A DNA stretch of 63,118 nucleotides, filler included, from Octopus bimaculoides (Eukaryota): NCBI RefSeq assembly GCF_001194135.2. It is 6 parts of 5 records of this genome, joined end to end, with 100 filler letters (N's around TTAATTAATTAA, not from the genome) between each part and the next. Parts side by side here need not be neighbours in the genome. Positions count along the whole stretch, not along the records: positions 1 to 23,399 come from NC_068991.1; 5 more parts are not named here. One strand, given 5' to 3'. The translations under genes and the position numbers were made by a program. Under the pieces are notes generated by a model, which searched no databases, was not told the DNA's origin, and was given only the letters and a program-made list of their open reading frames with translations. The stretch's first letter is position 1. Every line of letters starts with the position of its first letter. Shown here in pieces: positions 12,253 through 22,795 of this stretch.

Positions 12253-14364
12253 CTAGAAAACAACAGAAAAGTGATTTATTATGTAATAGTTTAATTAAAT
12301 AAATTTTAAAATAGTAAGTGGTCATATATACATACATACATACATACACACACACACATACATACATAATGGATAATAAAATGAATGGTTTACACCTGGT
12401 AGCTTACTGGTAAAGCACAGTCACTTTCACAGTGACCGTTAGGTAAACGGCAAATGAAAGACGGAAGATGGAATATATGAGAATTTATTGTTAATCACGA
12501 CAATTGTTTCGACGCATCGAGCATCGATTTCTCATGGGTGGGACACTCAACAACTGGTTCAGGAGGGCGTTTATACATCCATATCTGTTAACGGCTATTT
12601 TTAATACTTTTCTTGAAGGCTTTGGTCAGCCTGAGGCTATAGAAGAAGACACTTGCCNNNNNNNNNNNNNNNNNNNNNNNNNNNNNNNNNNNNNNNNNNN
12701 NNNNNNNNNNNNNNNNNNNNNNNNNNNNNNNNNNNNNNNNNNNNNNNNNNNNNNNNNNNNNNNNNNNNNNNNNNNNNNNNNNNNNNNNNNNNNNNNNNNN
12801 NNNNNNNNNNNNNNNNNNNNNNNNNNNNNNNNNNNNNNNNNNNNNNNNNNNNNNNNNNNNNNNNNNNNNNNNNNNNNNNNNNNNNNNNNNNNNNNNNNNN
12901 NNNNNNNNNNNNNNNNNNNNNNNNNNNNNNNNNNNNNNNNNNNNNNNNNNNNNNNNNNNNNNNNNNNNNNNNNNNNNNNNNNNNNNNNNNNNNNNNNNNN
13001 NNNNNNNNNNNNNNNNNNNNNNNNNNNNNNNNNNNNNNNNNNNNNNNNNNNNNNNNNNNNNNNNNNNNNNNNNNNNNNNNNNNNNNNNNNNNNNNNNNNN
13101 NNNNNNNNNNNNNNNNNNNNNNNNNNNNNNNNNNNNNNNNNNNNNNNNNNNNNNNNNNNNNNNNNNNNNNNNNNNNNNNNNNNNNNNNNNNNNNNNNNNN
13201 NNNNNNNNNNNNNNNNNNNNNNNNNNNNNNNNNNNNNNNNNNNNNNNNNNNNNNNNNNNNNNNNNNNNNNNNNNNNNNNNNNNNNNNNNNNNNNNNNNNN
13301 NNNNNNNNNNNNNNNNNNNNNNNNNNNNNNNNNNNNNNNNNNNNNNNNNNNNNNNNNNNNNNNNNNNNNNNNNNNNNNNNNNNNNNNNNNNNNNNNNNNN
13401 NNNNNNNNNNNNNNNNNNNNNNNNNNNNNNNNNNNNNNNNNNNNNNNNNNNNNNNNNNNNNNNNNNNNNNNNNNNNNNNNNNNNNNNNNNNNNNNNNNNN
13501 NNNNNNNNNNNNNNNNNNNNNNNNNNNNNNNNNNNNNNNNNNNNNNNNNNNNNNNNNNNNNNNNNNNNNNNNNNNNNNNNNNNNNNNNNNNNNNNNNNNN
13601 NNNNNNNNTGTGAGTGTGAGTGAGGGAGAAAGAAAGAGAGTGACTGAGAATATGAGAGAGAATGAAAGTGAGGGATATATACTTTTCTACTCTAGGCACA
13701 AGGCCCGAAATTTTGGAGGAAGGGGGCCAGTCGATTAGATTGACCCCATTAGGCAACTGGTACTTAATTTATCGACCCTGAGAGGATGAAAGGCAAAGTT
13801 GACCTCAGCGGAAATTGAACTCAGAATGTAAAGACATTTTGCCCGGCGTGCTAATGTTTCTTATTTCTTTATTGCCCACAAGGGACTAAACATAGAGGAG
13901 ACAAATAAGGACAGACAAAGGGATTAAGTCAATTACATCGACCCCAGTGCGTAACTGGTACTAACGTTTCTGCCAGCTCGCCACTTGCGAGTGATATATA
14001 TGTCAATGACACACACGTGGGTACATTAGAGATCCCCTCCCGATCCTTTGCCACTTTTGCCATCACTACTATCATCATCATTACAACACTATTATCCCCT
14101 TCCCTGGCCACTCCATCAGTGGTGATAAAAAGGGTTCCAGTAGATATGACCAATGGAACTGCTTGCTCGTAAAATTAAGGTGCAAGTATCTGAGTACTCC
14201 ACAAACACATGTACCCTTAACTCATTAACATTTGACCCTATAGCATTTAAACTGGCCATAGCTGGCCAAAATGTTTTATCTGTTTCTAGATTCTGGCCTC
14301 TCAGAACTAAGCTTTAATGTTATTCTAGAAATAAGCAACCACATCATCAAAATCTCAGAGCAAC

Positions 14365-14755
14365 AATGTGTGTGTGTTGGCACTCCGTCGCTTATGACGT
14401 CGAGGGTTCCAGTTGATCCGATCAACGGAACAACCTGCTCATGAAATTAACGTGCAAGTGGCTGAGCACTCCACAGACACGTGTACCCTTAACGTAGTTC
14501 TCGGGGGATATTCAGCATGACACAGTGTGACAAGGCTGACCCTTTGAATTACAGGCACAACAGAAACAGGAAGTAAGAGTGAGAGAAAGTTGTGGTGGAA
14601 GAGTACAGCAGGGTTCGCCACCATCCCCTGCGGGAGCCTCGTGGAACTTTAGGTGTTTTCGCTCAATAAACACTCACAACACCCGGTCTGGGAATCGAAA
14701 CCGCAATCCTATGACCGCGAGTCCGCTGCCCTAACCACTGGGCCAGTGCGCCTCC
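14365..14755 (-). mobile_element. tRNA-derived SINE, family B (full length); second copy at 4828-4913 (+, cut by a gap)
   Basis: Head TGGCCCAGTGGTTAGGGCAGCGGACTCGCGGTCATAGGAT.GCGGTTTCGATTCCC; the two heads differ at only about 3 of 86 nt. Confidence 0.85.
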
Positions 14756-15116
14756 ACAAGAGCAACAATGTAATACACGGGTAACTCAAAATAATGTGGA
14801 TAAATAAGTATTAAATTTTACAGAGAAATCTGAATACTAAAAGGTTAAACAAGCCATATCTGGCCCAAATATTCATCATCACCATTCCCTTAACCAATAC
14901 TACCACCACCACCACCATCTTCACCGTCGTCCCCACTGCCACCATCACCATCATCAGCACTATAACCATCACCATCATGATGATAATCACCACCACTAAC
15001 ACCACTGCCATCACCAGCATCACCACTGCAACTGTCAATATCACCTCCACTACCACAAATGCACTTACTGACCTTACCCTTTCTTACCTGTGCTGAGACT
15101 GAATTGATAGACTTAC

Positions 15117-15189
15117 CTGTGGTACGTAGTTACTAGAGTCGACTCTGGTACCCTTCGGGTAGATTCTTGTCAGCTGTCTCTTGTTGTAA
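15117..15189 (-). CDS. PLC21: PLC-beta exon (Y box, [14 protein letters not shown])
   Basis: tccag|T TAC AAC...CCA CAG|gtaagt; 73 nt; [24 protein letters not shown]. Confidence 0.97.
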
Positions 15190-15890
15190 CTGGATGCAGG
15201 TTAAGGACGAGCAGCACATTGCAGAGAGAGGTTCTGTTGTTATTGATGTTGTTGTTGTTGTTGTTGTTGTTGTTGATTTTTGTTGCTTCTGTTTTTGTAT
15301 TTGTTGTTGTTGTTGTTTAAGCCTACAACAATCCTGATTGAGCAAATTTTGTTTTGGAGTTGATTTGTTTAACTAAGACCCTTCAAGGTGGTGCTCCAGC
15401 ATGACTACAGTCCACTGACTGAATCAAGGCAAAACGTAAAAGACAGGGAAAAGGAAAGAAAGTGCCCATGACCCTTTACAGAGTTCTGAGAGAGGGAAGA
15501 AGAGAAGAAGAGAAGAAGATTTCTTCAAACTTGAGACCCTGCTTCAAATGTTTTGCAAACGGAGTGAACTCTGCTAGAAACACCAAGAAACCAGGTGGTG
15601 ATCTTAAACCAAGTGATGGATTAAATCATCCACCTGAATAGGCTTTGGTAGAATTTGAACTCAGATTGTAATAAAAAAAGAGTTAAGTTCCTTCCCAAGT
15701 TATATAGATTCATAAGGGCTGGTTTCCTGATTTCTATGATGTATAAATTCCCCACCTGTACGGGATGCTGGTCTGTCACAGGATTATGCATTTTTGCGAT
15801 TGTGAATGAATAAGCATTAAATTCAATAGAGTAATCTGAATGCTAAAGGGTTAAACTGACCATATCTGGCCCAGATATTCTACTTGATGA

Positions 15891-15924
<34 letters not shown>

Positions 15925-16430
15925 ATTAAGGTTGTATTAATCTTAACACCAAATCAACAATTGCCATCTGCAAAGACATCATCATCACCCACTCCCATAC
16001 ACTTCATCATCATTCTCATCATACTTTTCCTCAGCATAATTGTTATTACTGCCACCACCAAGACAATTANNNNNNNNNNNNNNNNNNNNNNNNNNNNNNN
16101 NNNNNNNNNNNNNNNNNNNNNNNNNNNNNNNNNNNNNNNNNNNNNNNNNNNNNNNNNNNNNNNNNNNNNNNNNNNNNNNNNNNNNNNNNNNNNNNNNNNN
16201 NNNNNNNNNNNNNNNNNNNNNNNNNNNNNNNNNNNNNNNNNNNNNNNNNNNNNNNNNNNNNNNNNNNNNNNNNNNNNNNNNNNCCTCCTCCTCATCATCA
16301 TCATCATCATCATCATCTTCTTGATCACTCCAACCACCACCATTACTGCCCTCACCACCACCACCATCACCACCATCGTCCTCACTGACATTTCTAACCT
16401 CCACAAACTCTCTCTAAAGTTAAAGGATAC

Positions 16431-16515
16431 TCTACAAAGTCTTCTGGTGCTTCTTTCAGTAAGTTCAAAGCTTGGGTTTCTACCATGGATGACATCTCAT
16501 AGCTTCTGTTCTTCT
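16431..16515 (-). CDS. PLC21: PLC-beta exon (Y box, YEMSS)
   Basis: aacag|AG AAG AAC...GTA GA|gtatcc; 85 nt, phase 1-2; (K)KNRSYEMSSMVETQALNLLKEAPEDFV(D). Confidence 0.94.
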
Positions 16516-17324
16516 CTGTTGGATGAAAATGAATAAACATTTAAATAGGTGAACATGTAAACAGATGAAAAGACAGACATGGATCTCACTTGAATAGAAA
16601 ATGTATGAGAGATATTTTCTGAAGTGAGGCTGGAGAAATATCTTGGACACTGATTGTCAACTCTTTTTTTTACCTATGGACCCCTTTGATTCCTGTCTTA
16701 CTCTACTGGATCCTAATAATCATTCAATGTTTAAGAAAGTCCCTTTCATCATCGTCATCATCGTCATCATCATCATTATATTTTTATAATTAAGTATTAT
16801 TATGAATTGTATATATAAGAAATGATATGCTAAAATATTTTGTGTATTGTAAAAGCATAACCAATTAATTGCAGATAAATTTTAACAGCAAAATCTAATG
16901 TGAGCCTTCAGGGGTCATATGGGTCCTGATTGAGAACTATTGGGAAGATTTATCTCCCTTTGTGATCTGTTACGCTGATGATAATTTTGAGTTATCTCCC
17001 CTACTAAATCTAACACCTTACCTATAATACATCGGTCAGCTGACACTATTTTTTCCCATATATGCTTCTGCTTTTGGAAATGCAATAAATATTGCATTTT
17101 CTTTTCATGGAGCAAGACATTTAATAGAATTTTCAGCCATTAAATTCTCATCTATCTGGATAATTTCAAGTAGCATTGAACACAGGAGATAACGACTGAG
17201 CTCTGATCAATTCAATGGCATACACATCGGTTATATGTTTCTGGTATGTCTTGTGAAAATATGATTAAACTTTGGGCGGTGGGGGGCTGAAGCATTCTTT
17301 GTGAAAACTACAAATCACACTTAC

Positions 17325-17421
17325 TTGTGGCATTGTCAAAGGTTGTGAAATGAACTGGTTGGATATAGTTGACAAGGGCAGACATTTCTTCAGCGGCTTC
17401 AGCTTCTTTAGCAGCAGTTCC
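17325..17421 (-). CDS. PLC21: PLC-beta exon (linker end / Y-box start)
   Basis: aacag|GGA ACT...ACA A|gtaagt; 97 nt; GTAAKEAEAAEEMSALVNYIQPVHFTTFDNAT. Confidence 0.96.
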
Positions 17422-17581
17422 CTGTTAAATGAAATGGTACATTTCTTTTACCCTCACTTGGATGAAAATTAAAAACAACAAAAAATCGAATAAAAGAAGG
17501 AATATTAAAAAGAGAATGAATGAGAAATATTATAGATGACTTGTTGAAAAATTCTCCTTCAAAAATGCAAAGTCAAGTTAC

Positions 17582-17655
17582 CGCATCTTTCTTTTCTTTC
17601 TCAATTTTCTTCTTTTCTTCATCTGTTAAGCCAGCCATGTCATCATCATCTCCAC
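17582..17655 (-). CDS. PLC21: PLC-beta exon (short X-Y linker)
   Basis: tttag|GT GGA GAT...GAT GCG|gtaact; 74 nt; (G)GDDDDMAGLTDEEKKKIEKEKKDA. Confidence 0.92.
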
Positions 17656-17859
17656 CTAAAGTGATGATAAAAGAAAATTAGGGAAAATACAAAATGTTCA
17701 AACTATCATACTGTATCTCCATACCATAAACCAATACATGTGAGAGTGTGTGATATGATCCCCTACACGACTGAAGCAATAGTAACTAACCCAAATCTTG
17801 GGTAGGCCTCACAATGGAGTACTCCTCTCACATTTGAGATGGTAGAATTAGGTAGAATT

Positions 17860-18220
17860 AAGCAATTGTAGTCAATAATATTGGTAGAATTGTGCAAATG
17901 CAGTCAAGGATGTTGGTAGAATTAGATAACTACAATCAATAATATTGGTCTAATTAGAAAAGTGTAGTCAATAATATTGGTAGAATTTGGCAGCTGCATC
18001 AATAAAGTTGGTAGAATTAGAGAAGTGTTCTCAGTAATATTAATAGAATTAGGCAACTGTTGTCAATAATATTGGTAGAATTAGATAATTTCAGTCAATA
18101 ATATTGGCAGAATTAAGAAACAGTATTCAATAATAATGATAGAATTAGAGAACTATGCTCAATAATATTGGTAGAATTAGACAAATTCAGTCAATAATGT
18201 TGGTAGAATTAGATAATGGT
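17860..18220. repeat. 32-bp minisatellite, about 11 copies, in a PLC intron
   Basis: Unit approximately AGTCAATAATATTGGTAGAATTAGATAACTGC, counted by eye. Confidence 0.9.
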
Positions 18221-18481
18221 AAAATGAGGTAACTTTAGTTAATATCTAGTAAAATTTGACTGCCTCAACTTGATGTTACTAAAATAAGACTTAGTAGAAT
18301 TAATTTATCATAATTAGACTATTCCGACTATCAGTATTACTAAAATAAAACTTAGGACAACCATTGGTATAATCGAAATTAGTTTGTACCAGCCATGGGT
18401 TTTACAAACACAAGACTACTCCAGTTGGTTACTAAGTAACCAACAGGTGTCAAAGATAAAAAACTGCAACCCTATACCTAC

Positions 18482-18560
18482 CTTTGTGCACTTTCTTATT
18501 CTTAATCAAAATCTTCTTCTTGAGGTCATGTGGTGATGGTAGTTGAATACCGGGTTTAAG
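18482..18560 (-). CDS. PLC21: PLC-beta exon (end of X box, KKILIKNKK)
   Basis: cacag|CTT AAA...AAA G|gtaggt; 79 nt; LKPGIQLPSPHDLKKKILIKNKKVHK. Confidence 0.96.
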
Positions 18561-18782
18561 CTGTGAAAAAACAAACACAGAAGACATGATCAAAACGTGA
18601 GCGACTTCTGTGATGATGGGTGGTGGGGAAAGAGAAAGAGATTGCTTTTAGGGAGCTGGGAGAAAACATTAACCCTTTTGCTTCAAACACAGAAAACAAT
18701 GAATATCAAAGAAGCTGCAACCACCAACTAAAAATAAGTCCCCTCCCCACAAATTTCAGGCCTTGTGCTTATAGTAGAAAGG

Positions 18783-18835
<53 letters not shown>

Positions 18836-19554
18836 CATCATTATTATTATTATTAGTTGCTACAAGTTGCCTTTGCTGTTGTTGTTCTTGTTGTTGTTGC
18901 TTGGCTTCTAGTTCAGCCTGATCCACAAGACTTATAATGAATGGCATGCCAACAGTGAAATTCTTAGTCTTTTTTCTATTATATTTAAGTCTAAATTACC
19001 TATACACATTTTAGGCAATGTACAAGACCACATTCTCCAATGTGTTTTTTTTTGTTTTGTTTTTTTCAAGACAGCAAGATATACTACATGTACTTGCGGC
19101 AGCCCTCACCCAGGATGGGTTGAGCCAGCTCTGATCAATGAGTTCACCAAATCTCTCATGAATGCGGACCATATCCAAAAGTTGACCCAAAACTCCAGCT
19201 TGCAAATTTGACAAACGCCCCACTGAGACAGCAAGTGCAACAGATAGCACAGATGCCATAGCCGTAGTTGTCATTTGTTGTTGAGGTGTAGAGTTCATAT
19301 TCAGAATGTCAGTGAGAATGCAAGTTCACATGTGGTCCCCAGTCACATATATACACACTTTGGGACAGTGTGATCTGTAACAGCTCATCTTGCTGTCGAT
19401 TTTCAACAGCTACAGAGGATTCACTGACCAATTCACTGCAGATTTTCAGAGCAGACATAGTTTGGGTTTACAGCAAGATACGATTTGAAGATTCAGATGC
19501 TATTTCTGGCAGGCTGAGAGAGATGCATAGCATCAACAAAATCAAAGTGCTTAC

Positions 19555-19639
19555 TGGGAATGAGTCCAAAGATTTCTGCAAAAGTAATTCTCCAAAAGCT
19601 TCACAGCAATATTTTGCTAGTAATTGTTGTTGCTTTACT
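19555..19639 (-). CDS. PLC21: PLC-beta exon (X box)
   Basis: tttcag|A GTA AAG...TTC CCA|gtaagc; 85 nt, phase 2-0; VKQQQLLAKYCCEAFGELLLQKSLDSFP. Confidence 0.94.
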
Positions 19640-19659
19640 CTGAAAGTAAAAAAGACATG

Positions 19660-20085
19660 TTTAATGTGGTGTGAAAGAAGGAAAGTTGTAAATCTAGTCG
19701 AGTTAACGGTTCCTCAGGAAGATAATATGGACGCTGTGCGGGCTCGAAGGATTGACCGTTATGTAAACCTCCTCAAGAAATGTGAAGACGCAGGCTGGAA
19801 AGCGGAGCATTTTTCAATCGAAGTTGGATGTAGAGGGTTTGTAGTACACAGTGTGAGACGACTGCTGTTATTGTTAGGCCTAACTCATCATAAGGTAAAA
19901 ACCACCATGAGTGATATCCAAAATACAGTGGAGAAGGCTAAGCCACTGGATTTGGTTTAAAAAAGACAATGAGCGATGGCTAGAAAAATATTGAGCTTTT
20001 TTTTTAATAACCAGTTGATCTAGCAAGCGGGGCCTCATATCAGAGAAGGAGGCCGGTGCGCATTGATGCCGTCGAAAGAAAGAAA
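19660..20085 (+). mobile_element. 5'-truncated RLE-type non-LTR retrotransposon (Hero/NeSL-like C terminus) in a PLC intron, antisense to the gene
   Basis: LVELTVPQEDNMDAVRARRIDRYVNLLKKCEDAGWKAEHFSIEVGCRGF...EKA/SHWIWFKK (frameshift near 19940), followed by a (GAAA/GGAA)n tail at 20074-20158. Confidence 0.8.
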
Positions 20086-20180
20086 GGAAGAAAGAAAGGA
20101 AGGAAGGAAGGAAGGAAGGAAGGAAGGCAGGAAGAAAGGAAGAAAGAAAGAAAGAAAGGTATAAATGCCTCAGAACTTAC

Positions 20181-20260
20181 GAACAATGGTTTTCAAATGA
20201 CAATATCACAGGATACTCTGATACCTTAAAGGCTGCTTCTGCAATGGCTTCAACCACATC
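20181..20260 (-). CDS. PLC21: PLC-beta exon (X box, SFENHC)
   Basis: tacag|GAT GTG...TGT TC|gtaagt; 80 nt; [26 protein letters not shown](S). Confidence 0.97.
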
Positions 20261-20911
20261 CTGTACAATAACAAAAAAAAAAAAAANNNNNNNNNNNNNN
20301 NNNNNNNNNNNNNNNNNNNNNNNNNNNNNNNNNNNNNNNNNNNNNNNNNNNNNNNNNNNNNNNNNNNNNNNNNNNNNNNNNNNNNNNNNNNNNNNNNNNN
20401 NNNNNNNNNNNNNNNNNNNNNNNNNNNNNNNNNNNNNNNNNNNNNNNNNNNNNNNNNNNNNNNNNNNNNNNNNNNNNNNNNNNNNNNNNNNNNNNNNNNN
20501 NNNNNNNNNNNNNNNNNNNNNNNNNNNNNNNNNNNNNNNNNNNNNNNNNNNNNNNNNNNNNNNNNNNNNNNNNNNNNNNNNNNNNNNNNNNNNNNNNNNN
20601 NNNNNNNNNNNNNNNNNNNNNNNNNNNNNNNNNNNNNNNNNNNNNNNNNNNNNNNNNNNNNNNNNNNNNNNNNNNNNNNNNNNNNNNNNNNNNNNNNNNN
20701 NNNNNNNNNNNNNNNNNNNNNNNNNNNNNNNNNNNNNNNNNNNNNNNNNNNNNNNNNNNNNNNNNNNNNNNNNNNNNNNNNNNNNNNNNNNNNNNNNNNN
20801 NNNNNNNNNNNNNNNNNNNNNNNNNNNNNNNNNNNNNNNNNNNNNNNNNNNNNNNNNNNNNNNNNNNNNNNNNNNNNNNNNNNNNNNNNNNNNNNNNNNN
20901 NNNNNNNNNNN

Positions 20912-20976
<65 letters not shown>

Positions 20977-21178
20977 CATACATTATATGTGTATATGTAT
21001 GTATGTATTATGTATGTATTTATGTATGTATATCAGGCACAAATCCATAGTTTCTTGAGACCAACAGATGCCTATTACTACTACTACTACATATACACAC
21101 ACACACATGTACATATTTTGTGTTGTATCATTGTTTGCTTCACTAGAGTTATTTGGATAATGATCATGTGATACTTGC

Positions 21179-21330
21179 CTTGAAAGATACTTCTGTACAC
21201 ATTGTGAAGCCGTGAGTAATGATTGGTTCTCCATCTTTTCCATCCCAACAATCCAATTCCAGACAACGACATCCGGTAAGCAAAACTTGACGGTATATTT
21301 CCACTGAAGACTTTCCAGTCAACTGGTGCC
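21179..21330 (-). CDS. PLC21: PLC-beta exon (X box; ELDCWDG, second catalytic His in THG), ends at a GC donor
   Basis: tttag|GG CAC CAG...TTC AAG|gcaagt; 152 nt; (G)[50 protein letters not shown]. Not recovered by the ORF track. Confidence 0.96.
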
Positions 21331-21819
21331 CTAAAATATGGACATTGTAACTTAATAATAATTACAATCTTTTCTACTAAAAGCACAAGGCTTGAAATTT
21401 GTGGGGAGGGAACTAGTCAATTACATCAACCCCAGTGTTTCACTGGTACTTAATTTATTGACCCTGAAAGGATGAAAGGTAAAGTCAACCTTGGCGGAAT
21501 TTTAACTCAAAATGTGCAGATAGACAAAATGTCACTAAATATTTTGCCTAGTGTGCTAACAATTCAGCCAGCTTGCTGCCCTGGTAATAATAATAATTCT
21601 TTCTACTTTAGGCACAGGGCCTGACATTTGGAGGGAGGGGGGTCTAGCTGATAACATCGACCCCAGTGTTTCACCCGTACTTAACTTATCAACCCCAAAA
21701 GAATGAAAGGCAAAGTCAACCTCGGCGGAATTTGAACTCAGGACGTAGCAGCGAAATTTGAACTCAGAACGTAGCATTTTGCCTGGAGTGCTGATGATTC
21801 TGCCATCTCGTTGCCCTGA

Positions 21820-21875
21820 TAATAATAATAATGATGATAATAAAGTCTTACAAAATGGTAATGGTAGCAGTAGCA

Positions 21876-21923
<48 letters not shown>

Positions 21924-21930
21924 GTGGTGG

Positions 21931-21965
<35 letters not shown>

Positions 21966-22050
21966 TTGATGATGATAATGATGATGATGATGATGAAGAA
22001 AAAGAAGAAGAAGAAGAAGAAGAAGAAGAAGAGGAGGAGGAGGAATGAAG
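21820..22050. repeat. Compound trinucleotide microsatellite (AAT)(GAT)(GAA)(GAG); similar tracts at 18783-18855, 27730-27845, 54480-54760
   Basis: Visible directly; explains the homopolymeric ORFs in the track. Confidence 0.95.
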
Positions 22051-22299
22051 AGGAAGGGGAGGATGGTAGTGATCACAAGGGTGATAGTGATGATTACTGC
22101 AGACCGTTCCCATTAACGCCCAACCTCATCCTCTTTTGCATGCGTCCACACCAAAATCTCTCCTTCAAAAAGATGCCATCCCTTCATTATACCCCATCGA
22201 CCCCTTCACCTTGTTTATCACCATTAGTTTACCACAAACTACCTCCCTTTGTCAGCCCCCTCACCTGGTACATGTATAAGATAATTGGTCAGGCCTTAC

Positions 22300-22446
22300 C
22301 TGTCAAGTAGGTGTTGTGGGAAGAATTGATGTAGTAAGCTGCAAGGGGCAGCTTCATGTTGGCCCCCAAATCCAACCGATGCATTGGGGTAAGATTGTTT
22401 TCTTCACACATAAGGAAATACAGCAATCCTTCTTTTGTCAGCTGAC
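22300..22446 (-). CDS. PLC21: PLC-beta exon (EF-hand end / X-box start; first catalytic His in SSHNTYL)
   Basis: ag|GT CAG CTG...ACA G|gtaagg; 147 nt, phase 1-1; (G)QLTKEGLLYFLMCEENNLTPMHRLDLGANMKLPLAAYYINSSHNTYLT. PI-PLC X-box signature. Confidence 0.97.
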
Positions 22447-22723
22447 CTGTGTATAAGTAGACAATAGAAAAAAAAATAGAGAGAAACATGAGTGGAAAAG
22501 ATTTGGATGGGTGGATACGAAGGGAGTTGATGATGTAAGCATGTCAATGGATGATGAAAGAACAGGAGTAACGTAAACACCTTCAGTAGCTGACAGCTAA
22601 TTCTACTATAAGAAGCACTGTACTAAAAGCTGAGTCCATGAATACTTGTGCAACATCCTATAACTTATTTTCCTCTCACATACACACACATTTAGCATCA
22701 AAATTTGTGGATAAATTTCTCAA

Positions 22724-22795
22724 GGGGCAGTTTAGCTTAATGGTAAAGCGCTCAGCTGGAGTCTTGAGGGATATGGGTTTGAGTCCCATGGCATT
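22724..22795 (+). pseudogene. Isolated degenerate tRNA-like sequence (tRNA pseudogene or SINE head)
   Basis: TAGCTTAATGG A box, GGTTTGAGTCC B box, T-arm ATGGG/CCCAT and anticodon-arm-like CTCAG/CTTGAG; poor acceptor stem. Confidence 0.45.

Noticed and set aside
17860-18220. CRISPR-like appearance of the 32-bp array
   Set aside because: Eukaryotic intron, no unique spacers, no cas genes; it is a minisatellite.
19011-19298. ORF containing FGELIDQ, superficially like the X-box FGELLL segment
   Set aside because: The true exon is at 19555-19639 with matching phases; this similarity is coincidental.
19370-19960. 196-aa plus-strand ORF
   Set aside because: Chimera of the antisense strand of PLC exon 19555-19639 and a LINE fragment.
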